The notes under the pieces were generated by a model. The model was given only the letters and a program-made list of their open reading frames with translations. It was not told the origin of the DNA and did not search any database. A stretch of DNA of 52,845 nucleotides from a virus, in the IMG/VR virus record IMGVR_UViG_3300034251_000012, positions 1-52,845 of that record; one strand, written 5' to 3'. Positions 1 through 8,483 of this stretch are shown here, piece by piece. The translations under genes were made by a program, and so were the position numbers. The stretch's first letter is position 1; every line of letters begins with the position of its first letter.

Positions 1-127
1 GTCAATGCGCCGCCGGGCAGCGAAGCCTCTATATAACAATCTCGGAAAAGCCTGATCTGGCATAGCCTCACCTCACCTCGCAAACCCCATGTTGTTGAGC
101 ATGCCAAAAGTGGTCTCGTGGTTGGCG
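1..127. repeat. Terminal direct repeat, copy 1 (assembly overlap indicating circularity)
   Basis: Exact identity with 52719-52845. Positions 1-63 duplicate the first 21 codons of the minus-strand gene 52317..52781. Confidence 0.95.
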
Positions 128-3100
128 CTCATGTCTTCGATAACGGCTTTACCGACAGCACCCGGGTTCTCCGACGCGCCGATTGCCAACGACTGTCCGT
201 GGGGCATAGCCTGCACGCGCGCCCACTGCGCCGTGCTCCGGTCGAGCGCGTCCTTGACGCTGCGGATCATCCCCGCAATGCCGCCCGAACCATCCGATGC
301 AACGGCCGAAGAGGGCTGCGCGCCGCTGTTGTAGTTGAAGTCGGCATACTTGGTACCGGCGGCATCTCCATCTTCACCGCCGGCGAAGGAACCGCTGCCG
401 ACGCCCTGAGACTTTGCCGCCGAAGCTGTACCCGAGCCGAAGATGGCGCGGCTCGCCAGCGCGCCCCCGCCGGCGATGAGGGCAACAGCCCCGTAGAATT
501 TCGCGGCAGCGAAGTGCTGCGAAGCCGCGTAGTAGTCATAGACGGCGGCAGAGGCGAGGCCAGCGGCATACTCGTAGACGGCCTTGACACCGCTCTCTGC
601 GGAGAGAGAGGCGAGCGTGGCGGTGAGCATCCGCGCAAGCGCTTTGACGGAGAACTCTCCGGTAGACAGGAAGGCCGCGGCCATCGATCCTAGCCCACCC
701 ATCACGCCTTCGAACGCGCCCGACAGCATGCTTTCCATGTTGCCGGCGCTGTCGCTCATTCGCGAGAACGCGTCCTCGGCGGCGGCGGCTGTGGACTCGA
801 ACACCGAGCCTGTCTGCGTCATCGCGTCTCCGAACACGTCTCCGCCTATGCTGCGGTTGCTCGAAGGGTCAGCCAGCTCTTTCGTCCGGGTCTTCTGGTA
901 TTCCCGCTCCTCGATCTCCGCGTCGGTCTGCTGCTGCTGGAGAGCCCGCAGCTCGTCATACTTCTTCTGGATGGCTAGCTTCTTCTCTTCCAGCTCGATC
1001 TTGTTTTTAATGGACCTTACGGCGTGGAGAAGTTCCTGATGTTCCCTCTCGTTGATGTCGGCCTGCACCTGATCATTGGCCAGATTGATCCGGTCAATTT
1101 CGATCTGGTAGCGCTCGTCTATGTACTGACGTTCTTTGCCCAGAATTCGTGAGAGCGCGTCGAGGTTAGCCGTCCGAGCATTGATGCGCGCCGCCGAGAT
1201 GCCGTTCTCGCGATCGAGCATGCGCCGCACGTCCTCGCGGCTCCGCTCCATATCCTTCTCTCTACCGTCGCGCGCGCGACGCACGCCCTCCTCTTCCTCA
1301 TTCACCCTTTCCTGCTCGGCCTGGAGGAGCTGAGCGTTTAAATCGGAGACGTCCTTTTTGTGTTTAAACCGCTCGGCGATCTCGGCCTTCAGTGCATCAA
1401 TGCGCCGCTGTATGGCGGCGACGACTATCGTCGTGACGGCCTCCTCAGTGCGCCCGAATTGCGCGGACCCGCGCTCTGCGACGTCGCGCAGACGGCTGAT
1501 TGTGCCCGCCTCGCCCGCAGCGGTCGCTCCCTCTCTCAGAGACTTTTTACGGAGAGCGTCTATCTCCTTCTCGAAGCTGGCCTCGCGCGTGCGCGCCTGC
1601 TGCTCCGCAAATTTCTTCGCGGCCTCGGCGTTGAAGACGGCCAGCTCTCCCTCCAGCCGGCTACGAAGCTCGGCGTTCGCGCCGGCGGCCTGCACGCGCC
1701 GCTCCAACTCCTTGCGCTGGACGTAGGTGATGCCCTGCTCGATGGCGACGATTTTGCGTGTGTGTGCTTCGCGTAAGGAGTTGTCACGCTCGATTTCCAG
1801 TTCGAGCGCTTGGATGCGCCCCTCCGCGCGGATTCTCGCGGCCTCTATGGAGTCGGCGATCGCCTGTTCTTCGATCTGCCGTTGCAGCTCGGCATGTTCC
1901 GCCCGCGCCTTTCGCTCATCATTCCTGTACTTGTCGGCGACCGCCTTTTCTTCGACTCTCAGCGCGGCGATCCGGCCCTGCCGATTCGCCTCCGTTTCCC
2001 CCTCTTTGAGTTCGGCCTTCTCCTCTTCGGCGATGCGCGCGCGGATGACGGTGACTTCGACCTCAGCGGTCGTGCGAGCGGCGTTAATTCGCTCGTTCAT
2101 CGCACCCTCCGCGGACTTCTGCCGACGCGTGACTTGCCGCTCGATCTCAGCCGTCAGGTTCTCTTCGATCTGCTTCTGCGCCGCCAAGCCGGCCTCGAGC
2201 ACTTCGATACGGGCATCTGAAGCCGATTTCTCACGCTTCGAGGCCAGGTCGAGTTGCTTGTTCTTCTCCTCGTCGTCCTCGCCCTTCGACGGCTTGTTCA
2301 TCTCCGCGTTGAGGGCTCTGAGGTTCTCGGCGTAGAGCGACCCGAACTGCGGATTGGCGGGAGACATCTGGCTGACCGTCTTCAGCAGCGTGGCTAGGGA
2401 AGCGAGCTGATCGACGGTCTCGCGAATCTTGAGGGCGATGCCCCCGGCCACGAGCGTGACGACTGTGCCGACGCCAGACACGTCATTGGAGATAAGCCGC
2501 AGCCCCCGCGTGAATTCTGGGACCAACTGGCGACCGAAGTTGTTCTTCAGCGCGGTGATCTGCTGACCGAGTTCACGCAGCGAGCGCTGGAAAGCCTTCG
2601 CGTTCTCCGCCGCCTCGTTACTCATCAGCAGGCCGGCGGACTTGAGCTGTTTCTTGTACGCCTCGAAGTCGCCGCCCACTTCGCGCAGGATGGCGCCGAC
2701 CTTCCCGCTCTCGTCACTGAAGATTTTCTGTAGCAGCGCGGCTTTTTCCGTCGGGTTCTCCAGCCCGTTGTAGGCATTGATGAACTGGATCAGCGCCGCG
2801 TCGTTGTCCTTAGCCGCCGTCTTCGCGTCAATGCCCAGTTGCAGGAGCAGGCTCGAGACCTGAGGGAGCTTACCGGCCGCGGCCTCGGCAATATTGCGGT
2901 TGAAGATGTTGATCGACTCGCGGATGGCGGTGACGTCTTTACCGGTGCGCTGCGCGGCGACGCTGAGCACCGACATGTTCTCCGCCTGCAAGCCAAGTGT
3001 GTCAGCGAGCTTCGCCACCTCGTAGTCAGCCTCGGCAGTTCCCTTCGCGATGCTGAACATGACGGCGTAGAACGCGCCGGCGGCCACGGCAGCGGCCACA

Positions 3101-3912
3101 AGCGTGCCCACGAGTAAACCGAGCGGCAGTGCGATGCCCGCTGCTGCCCCAGCCGCAGACAACATGCTCTTCGCCGCGCCCGTGCCAGACAGCGCAAGGG
3201 AGTCAAGCTTCGTCGCGCCTGTGTCCAGAGTAGGGGTTACATCGCGCATAGAGTGCGCGAAGCGGGCGACGGGGGAATTCAACGCCATGAACGAGCGGTG
3301 ATTGCTTTCGAGCACCGGCAGCAGCTTTGAAGTCTTGCTGCCGAAAAGATCGATGGAGATGCTCGTCCGGTCGAACTGATCCGGTATGCGACGAAACTCT
3401 CTGAGAAACTTTTGGAATTCGGGCTGCGGGCGCCTGACGGCCGCCTCCACATCCACGCCGAAATCTCTAAACATCCTGCGGAGGTTATCGCCCTTGTCGC
3501 CCGTCTCGGTGAACGCCTGTAGGGCCTTGGCCGAAAATAAGGCCAGTGCCGTGCTCATGAGCGACACGTCCTTTTTTGTCGACTGAGTGGTCACCCCCTG
3601 CGTGAGGAGGCTGGAGGTGAATTTGTCGGAGACGCGTGCGGCTTCCGATTGCGCCTTGTTGAAGGCGGGGATTTCCTGGCTGGCGAACGAGCGGAGAGCG
3701 GCGCGGGCGGTCGAGATGCCGAGCGACCCGGCGAACCCGAGGCGACCGCGAACGGGCGAAGAGAGGACGCTCAGCGCGCGCTGGCCGATCGTCTCGATGG
3801 CGCGCACCTCTTTAACGTAGTCGGCCTTGAACTTGCGTATATCGCGCGAGGCTTCCGGGCCGCCCGCGAGTTGCAGCTTAAACAGAAGAGCGATGGCTTC
3901 GCCGGTTCTCAT
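73..3912 (-). CDS. Tail tape measure protein
   Basis: This 1279-aa ORF is the longest in the window. It has a long Glu/Arg/Ala-rich coiled-coil core and Gly/Ala-rich hydrophobic segments near both ends. It lies between a chaperone-like ORF and the distal tail genes. Confidence 0.85.
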   Translation of the reverse strand: MRTGEAIALLFKLQLAGGPEASRDIRKFKADYVKEVRAIETIGQRALSVLSSPVRGRLGFAGSLGISTARAALRSFASQEIPAFNKAQSEAARVSDKFTSSLLTQGVTTQSTKKDVSLMSTALALFSAKALQAFTETGDKGDNLRRMFRDFGVDVEAAVRRPQPEFQKFLREFRRIPDQFDRTSISIDLFGSKTSKLLPVLESNHRSFMALNSPVARFAHSMRDVTPTLDTGATKLDSLALSGTGAAKSMLSAAGAAAGIALPLGLLVGTLVAAAVAAGAFYAVMFSIAKGTAEADYEVAKLADTLGLQAENMSVLSVAAQRTGKDVTAIRESINIFNRNIAEAAAGKLPQVSSLLLQLGIDAKTAAKDNDAALIQFINAYNGLENPTEKAALLQKIFSDESGKVGAILREVGGDFEAYKKQLKSAGLLMSNEAAENAKAFQRSLRELGQQITALKNNFGRQLVPEFTRGLRLISNDVSGVGTVVTLVAGGIALKIRETVDQLASLATLLKTVSQMSPANPQFGSLYAENLRALNAEMNKPSKGEDDEEKNKQLDLASKREKSASDARIEVLEAGLAAQKQIEENLTAEIERQVTRRQKSAEGAMNERINAARTTAEVEVTVIRARIAEEEKAELKEGETEANRQGRIAALRVEEKAVADKYRNDERKARAEHAELQRQIEEQAIADSIEAARIRAEGRIQALELEIERDNSLREAHTRKIVAIEQGITYVQRKELERRVQAAGANAELRSRLEGELAVFNAEAAKKFAEQQARTREASFEKEIDALRKKSLREGATAAGEAGTISRLRDVAERGSAQFGRTEEAVTTIVVAAIQRRIDALKAEIAERFKHKKDVSDLNAQLLQAEQERVNEEEEGVRRARDGREKDMERSREDVRRMLDRENGISAARINARTANLDALSRILGKERQYIDERYQIEIDRINLANDQVQADINEREHQELLHAVRSIKNKIELEEKKLAIQKKYDELRALQQQQTDAEIEEREYQKTRTKELADPSSNRSIGGDVFGDAMTQTGSVFESTAAAAEDAFSRMSDSAGNMESMLSGAFEGVMGGLGSMAAAFLSTGEFSVKALARMLTATLASLSAESGVKAVYEYAAGLASAAVYDYYAASQHFAAAKFYGAVALIAGGGALASRAIFGSGTASAAKSQGVGSGSFAGGEDGDAAGTKYADFNYNSGAQPSSAVASDGSGGIAGMIRSVKDALDRSTAQWARVQAMPHGQSLAIGASENPGAVGKAVIEDMSANHETTFGMLNNMGFAR

Positions 3913-4017
3913 TTTTTCTTCGGGCCTAGCAATATCGCCGTCATCAGGGCCAGCGGGTCGGGTGCGAATTCCGCCAGCAGTTCGTCGGCTGCCAGATCGA
4001 TCATGAGCGCGACGACC

Positions 4018-4596
4018 CTATCTTTTATCCCGAGTCTTACGCTTACATGCTCGCCGCCTGTTCGACACGTCCGCGCTAACCTGCCGAAGTTTGGGCTCTC
4101 GAGGAAAGTTGCTCAGATCGTCCACCTCGACCTGACCCCCTTCCGTCTCCACGGGCACGCCCGGGCAGCCTTCGAGCACCCAGCGGAAAATAAAGGCGAA
4201 ATCTCTGTCGGGGAGGCTCTTCAGTTCTATCTGGCCGGGATCGTTCGGGTCGGCTCGTTCGACGATGCGCGGGTAGACGATGGCCCGAGTGACGGCAGCG
4301 ACCATGAACTCATTCGCTTTCTTCACCTTATCGGGGTCTCCGCGCAACTCTTCCTCTATCTCCGATTCGGTCTCGGTCTTGCGTTTCCCGCGGTTGCGCG
4401 CGTTCTCCATGATCTTGTCCATGAAGGCGAGCGGGGCCGCCCCACCGATGATCCATGTCTCGAGCGAGGGGCGCGTCGCTTTGCAGACGAAGCCGCTCGG
4501 CAGCGGCAGATCGATCACTAACCCGGGGACGGGTTCGGGGACGGCCAGACTGCGCCACGCGTTGGCGTTCATAGCGGTATTAGGTCTATTGCTCAT
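4018..4596 (-). CDS. Tail assembly chaperone candidate
   Basis: It sits immediately upstream of the tape measure gene. Its central segment is acidic (ETESEIEEELRGDPDK). The Arg/Lys-rich tail looks non-native, and an overlapping open frame reaches the tape measure start codon (see finding). Confidence 0.5.
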   Translation of the reverse strand: MSNRPNTAMNANAWRSLAVPEPVPGLVIDLPLPSGFVCKATRPSLETWIIGGAAPLAFMDKIMENARNRGKRKTETESEIEEELRGDPDKVKKANEFMVAAVTRAIVYPRIVERADPNDPGQIELKSLPDRDFAFIFRWVLEGCPGVPVETEGGQVEVDDLSNFPREPKLRQVSADVSNRRRACKRKTRDKR

Positions 4597-4637
4597 TTTA
4601 TTTGCGCCTCAACTCTTTGTTTGTTAGGCTTCGACGG

Positions 4638-5177
4638 ATGAAGCTATTCACCTTCGCTCTGCTGCTCACCCTACTCATTATTTCTATGCAGGGCTGCAGC
4701 GGAGCCGGCCCCAAAACAGCTCAAAACGGGAATGCGAGCAACTGGTCCTACACCGAGAAGCAAGACAAGATGGGGCGAGGAGTTATAAAGGCAGCCACTA
4801 CGGCCAGCTCTAACACGGTAGCGTTTAACTTCCCGGGTAACGTCCCACAGCAGGCTCGCTTGACGCTTCGCAATCATCCACAGGAAGGCGGCGAAGTGAT
4901 TTTCAGTGTTGTCAAAAGCCAATTCTTGAGCACCGGCTATAGGAAAAAGGTGTTGGTTCGATTTGACGATCGCCCGCCGATCATTTTCTATGCAGACGAA
5001 CCTGCCGATAACAGCACGGATACAGTATTTATTGATGACTATCAAAAGTTTTGCGCAAACCTTAGGCATGCTAAGAAGGTAATGATTGAGGCGCAGTTTT
5101 ATCAGGAGGGTGGCCGTATATTTGAGTTCAACGTAGGCGGCCTCGACTGGGATGCTTTCAACATCTCTAAGCCCTAA
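4638..5177 (+). CDS. Lipoprotein of unknown function (moron on the opposite strand inside the tail module)
   Basis: The N-terminus MKLFTFALLLTLLIISMQGCSG has a lipobox-like SMQGC. It is the only plus-strand gene in the late region, is visibly AT-richer than its flanks, and is followed by a perfect 23-bp hairpin. The start is set at the internal ATG at 4638 rather than the track start at 4602. Confidence 0.7.
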   Translation: MKLFTFALLLTLLIISMQGCSGAGPKTAQNGNASNWSYTEKQDKMGRGVIKAATTASSNTVAFNFPGNVPQQARLTLRNHPQEGGEVIFSVVKSQFLSTGYRKKVLVRFDDRPPIIFYADEPADNSTDTVFIDDYQKFCANLRHAKKVMIEAQFYQEGGRIFEFNVGGLDWDAFNISKP

Positions 5178-5217
5178 ACCACGCCCGCGCCCACCTATAT
5201 CCCGCTTTCCATCTACT

Positions 5218-5265
5218 GTCAGGCACCCACCCACTCTAAATATTTAGAGTGGGTGGGTGCCTGAC
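5218..5265. terminator. Bidirectional terminator-like hairpin between convergent genes
   Basis: Perfect palindrome gtcaggcacccacccactctaaa / tttagagtgggtgggtgcctgac (23-bp arms, 2-nt centre). It lies between the lipoprotein gene (+) and the tail tube candidate (-). Confidence 0.7.
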
Positions 5266-5284
5266 ATGCTCAGAGCCGATCCGC

Positions 5285-5899
5285 TTACGCCGGCGGCGGA
5301 ATGTTGAACTCACGGTAGAGCTTGTCCCCGTCCGTGCGTGTGGGGACATTCAGCGCCTTGATCACCATGTCCTGCTTCGAGCGTTCCGACTTCTTAAACT
5401 GGAGTGTGTGTGATCCGGAATTGTAGCCGGCATAGATGATCACGCCGACCCATCCGCCATCCTTCGTCGGCGAGACCACGGCCATAGGCATGGCAGGCAG
5501 GATAATCCTGTCCCCGCCGGCCGTGATCCGCTTCGTGGTCACACCGCCGACCGTATTTGTCGAGTACGTCCCCCAAGGGATCATGTCGGCCTTGTGCTCG
5601 ATGTCGAGCACCTCAAGTGCCGAGAAGGCGATCTGCGCCGCCACTGACTCCACGCCGACCTCGATCGGCGAATCCTCTTCGTCCACGTTCTCTTCGTAGA
5701 ACGTCGGCTCCGCCGTGAAATCGTAGCCAGCGTCGGTCGCACCGATGTAGATGAAGTCGGGATTTTGAGTAAGATCGGGTACGCCATTGGCATCAAGGTC
5801 TAAATCTTGGTTAAGCGCCGGCGCAGCGATGTTGTAATAGAGTTTCCCGCGCTTGCGGTGGATGTGAATCGGCAGAATATTCTGCGAGCCTTCATTCAT
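5285..5899 (-). CDS. Major tail (tube) protein candidate
   Basis: A 204-aa ORF positioned between the head-tail joining genes and the chaperone/tape measure genes. The call rests on synteny only. Confidence 0.5.
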   Translation of the reverse strand: MNEGSQNILPIHIHRKRGKLYYNIAAPALNQDLDLDANGVPDLTQNPDFIYIGATDAGYDFTAEPTFYEENVDEEDSPIEVGVESVAAQIAFSALEVLDIEHKADMIPWGTYSTNTVGGVTTKRITAGGDRIILPAMPMAVVSPTKDGGWVGVIIYAGYNSGSHTLQFKKSERSKQDMVIKALNVPTRTDGDKLYREFNIPPPA

Positions 5900-5944
5900 G
5901 TGACTGACTCCTTTTACTGAGAATGAGCCGGCAGTGCCGGGCGA

Positions 5945-6232
5945 TTAGGACTGGCCGTTATCTCCCGACTTGTTGGCCTTCGCGGCGGCAGCAGGGCGTG
6001 GTGTCGTTGTTGTGTCCGAACCCGTTGGGGTCGTCGCTGAGGGACTGCCCATAGGCACGCCCCCGCTGACAACGTCGGAGAGAGATTTGGTGCCGGGCGG
6101 CAACTCCACCATCTCCCCGCTTCTGGTCTTCACTTTGACCAGCCCACCCTCGGACTTGTCGATCCCCGGGTTGTAGTCGTAGCCGGTTCGCGCTTCCGCA
6201 ATCTCTCCTGCCTTATCGTTTTGTTTACTCAT
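5945..6232 (-). CDS. Hypothetical structural-module protein with a Thr/Pro/Ala-rich C-terminus
   Basis: A 95-aa ORF in the late operon, overlapping the upstream gene end by 8 nt. Confidence 0.45.
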   Translation of the reverse strand: MSKQNDKAGEIAEARTGYDYNPGIDKSEGGLVKVKTRSGEMVELPPGTKSLSDVVSGGVPMGSPSATTPTGSDTTTTPRPAAAAKANKSGDNGQS

Positions 6233-6764
6233 CGCTGGTTGTCTCCACTTCCATATAGTTGATCGTTAAAATCTGGCTCGCGACCAGCACGAAAGAGTTC
6301 TCGCTGTCGTATTCGCGCTCTCCGAAGCGCTCGGTGCCGATCGTCCACCTGAAGTCGTCACGCATCCGAAACCCGTTCTCCAGTGCGACGGGGATGTCTC
6401 CCACTAGATCGGCTTCGCTCATCTCAGTTAGGATCGATCTGAGCGCGAGGTTGTAATACTCCAGCTCCTCGATCAGGATGTCGGGGTCGCGCCCGAAATG
6501 CTCCACCTCGACGAGCAGCCGCTTCTTCTCGTCGTAGGAGTTGTCGTCGTCAGAAACCGGATCGTTGCCGAGAGGTAAGAGGATCACGACCGGGGACATT
6601 TCCCTGATCGCGCGCGCGGTGAAGATGCCCTGCACATCCGGCAGCACCATCCCTGTCGGCGCGAAGTATGTGAGCGCCGCCGCCATGTCCCGCTCGATGA
6701 CGGTCTGGACGTTCCGGCGAAAGGGCGCGAGCGGGAGGAATTTAAATTTCGGATTCCAGCTCAT
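6225..6764 (-). CDS. Tail terminator / head-tail joining protein candidate
   Basis: A 179-aa ORF translationally coupled with both neighbours (4-nt and 8-nt overlaps). The call rests on position only. Confidence 0.4.
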   Translation of the reverse strand: MSWNPKFKFLPLAPFRRNVQTVIERDMAAALTYFAPTGMVLPDVQGIFTARAIREMSPVVILLPLGNDPVSDDDNSYDEKKRLLVEVEHFGRDPDILIEELEYYNLALRSILTEMSEADLVGDIPVALENGFRMRDDFRWTIGTERFGEREYDSENSFVLVASQILTINYMEVETTSDE

Positions 6765-7237
6765 TTAGTCTTCAACCCTTCGTCTTCAATCCGGTCTCTC
6801 ATGCTCTCTTCGGCAACCTCGGTCAGCAGTTCGATGTCGGCCGGCGTCAGGTCAATGATGCCGAAGCGTTTGTCAAGAGGGTGCGCCTGAGGCAAGTCCG
6901 AGCCGAGCAGCAGAGTGTTGGGTCCCACGCCGATATGGATGTTGCCCGTCGCTCGCTTCCGGGTCATCGAACGCATCAGGCTGCCCGTGGCCTGCAAGAT
7001 CGGCTTGTCACCGTGAATGGCACGCTTGCGACGCCTGTAGGCGGGCGACATTTCTTCCCTGCGCCACCTGCCCCTGCCCTCGGTGTCAAATATTTCCTGC
7101 ATGATCGGGTAGAAGCCGCGCTCGGCCACCTCTTCCAGCGTCGGCTGGTTGTCTTCGAAGACGTGACCCACTGCGTCGAGCTGACGGTTGAATAACGTGG
7201 CGCCTTCTATTTTCCCGATGAGAGATGGGAACGTCAT
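6761..7237 (-). CDS. Tail completion / virion morphogenesis protein candidate
   Basis: A 158-aa ORF. The segment EIFDTEGRGRWRREEMSPAYRRRKRAIHGDKPILQATGSLMRSM resembles HK97 gp10 / Mu G-type morphogenesis proteins from memory. Synteny agrees. Confidence 0.45.
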   Translation of the reverse strand: MTFPSLIGKIEGATLFNRQLDAVGHVFEDNQPTLEEVAERGFYPIMQEIFDTEGRGRWRREEMSPAYRRRKRAIHGDKPILQATGSLMRSMTRKRATGNIHIGVGPNTLLLGSDLPQAHPLDKRFGIIDLTPADIELLTEVAEESMRDRIEDEGLKTK

Positions 7238-7590
7238 CGCTTTACCCCTCCCTGCTTGATCTCACGCGCGTAGAATTTCCAGACGAAAGGTTCGCTATCC
7301 GGTGCGTCCCAGGTCTCCAGCGTGCAGAGCAGTCCGTGGACGTCTAACCTATCCGTCTGCCTGACGAGTTCGAGCGTGACCGTGTCTTGCCTGGTTACTT
7401 CGATCACGTAGAGCGAGGAAACATCACTATGGTTGCGCTCCTTTGCAGGAAGCCACCCGGCAGTGACTGTCAGCAGTGGCTCGTTTGCCTGACCGGCTCG
7501 CTTTTCAAAAAACTTTAGTTCTGCGCCTTCACCCAAACGTCGTGTCCGTTCGCGGTCAAGCTGTCGCGCGCGCAGCCTCGTTCTGTCCAT
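7234..7590 (-). CDS. Head-tail adaptor candidate
   Basis: A 118-aa ORF coupled to its neighbours in the head-tail joining block. Confidence 0.4.
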   Translation of the reverse strand: MDRTRLRARQLDRERTRRLGEGAELKFFEKRAGQANEPLLTVTAGWLPAKERNHSDVSSLYVIEVTRQDTVTLELVRQTDRLDVHGLLCTLETWDAPDSEPFVWKFYAREIKQGGVKR

Positions 7591-7911
7591 CTACAACAAC
7601 TCCTTCACGGACGCAGGATCGGCACTCTTGACGACCGCGCCTCCGCCTGACGCGCGCGCCGTGTATGCCTTCCGGCGCTCGACGCAGTGCTTGTAGATTT
7701 CCGACTCACTTCCGTGATACTCCGACGCCTCATTCGCCTTCCAGTCCCACCCTTCAGCCGCAGCTCGGTACAGCATGCGCATGTCAAAGACCGTCGCCCC
7801 GCTGGACACCAGATCAAGCAGTGCGTTGAGGTCTTCTGAGCTGAGGGCGGGCTCCGACGTTGCCGCCGTCCCCCGCCCCAGCCACGTTTTCGCGCTCTCG
7901 CGGTTCATCAC
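7591..7911 (-). CDS. Head-tail connector candidate
   Basis: A 106-aa ORF downstream of the capsid gene. The call rests on position only. Confidence 0.4.
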   Translation of the reverse strand: MMNRESAKTWLGRGTAATSEPALSSEDLNALLDLVSSGATVFDMRMLYRAAAEGWDWKANEASEYHGSESEIYKHCVERRKAYTARASGGGAVVKSADPASVKELL

Positions 7912-7939
7912 TAAAGCTCCCGATCACAATCCGACTTGC

Positions 7940-8398
7940 TTACCTGAGCGCCTCGCGGATTCTCGCCGCCGTCGTCTGGCCGATGCCTTTGATGGCGGTC
8001 AAATGTTCCTCGGTGAGACCTTCGAGTTGGGAGCGGCTCGTGATGCCCGCTTCGGCCAGTGCCGCGCGCGCGCTCGCGGGGATGTTTTCGGGGAGCATGT
8101 CGTCTCCACGGCCGCGTCCACCGATATTGTCCGCCCCACGTTGATCCGACCCGAGCCTGCCAGAGTCGAAGCTCTCAGTTTCTTCGTCGCCTCCGCCGTC
8201 ATCCAGCAGGCGCGCTTCCTCTTCAAGCAGGCGTGCGCGGCGCTCGATGTCTTCACGCGCTGCGCGCCTTTCGTCAGGCGTCTGCGCGAGCGTCGTGCCG
8301 CTCGGCACTTGCCGGGTAACCTGACCCTTTGCTGTCATGATCGTGCCGCCTTCCGCAATGGCGCGCTGTAAATGTTCACGTCTCTCTTTTGCCGACAT
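7940..8398 (-). CDS. Protein with a C-terminal helix-hairpin-helix motif, encoded in the head module
   Basis: The C-terminus LTAIKGIGQTTAARIREAL is HhH-like (GIG). The middle of the protein is acidic and low-complexity. Confidence 0.5.
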   Translation of the reverse strand: MSAKERREHLQRAIAEGGTIMTAKGQVTRQVPSGTTLAQTPDERRAAREDIERRARLLEEEARLLDDGGGDEETESFDSGRLGSDQRGADNIGGRGRGDDMLPENIPASARAALAEAGITSRSQLEGLTEEHLTAIKGIGQTTAARIREALR

Positions 8399-8483
8399 GG
8401 TCTCTCTCCTCTGTCTCCTGAAGCCTGTGATTGACGGACGGCGACTCTTGCCAAGCGCCGCCCGTCAATTCAGAACGGACTGT

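Noticed and set aside
1-127. The terminal repeat as a biological long terminal repeat, or as att or IS ends.
   Set aside because: The copies are exact, lie at the two contig ends, and interrupt no gene order. This is best explained as an assembly overlap of a circular molecule.
4018-4140. A canonical -1 programmed frameshift (X-XXY-YYZ heptamer) in the tail chaperone gene.
   Set aside because: By hand translation, the -1 frame is closed by a stop (4076-4078) and no slippery heptamer was seen. Only the +1 frame is open.
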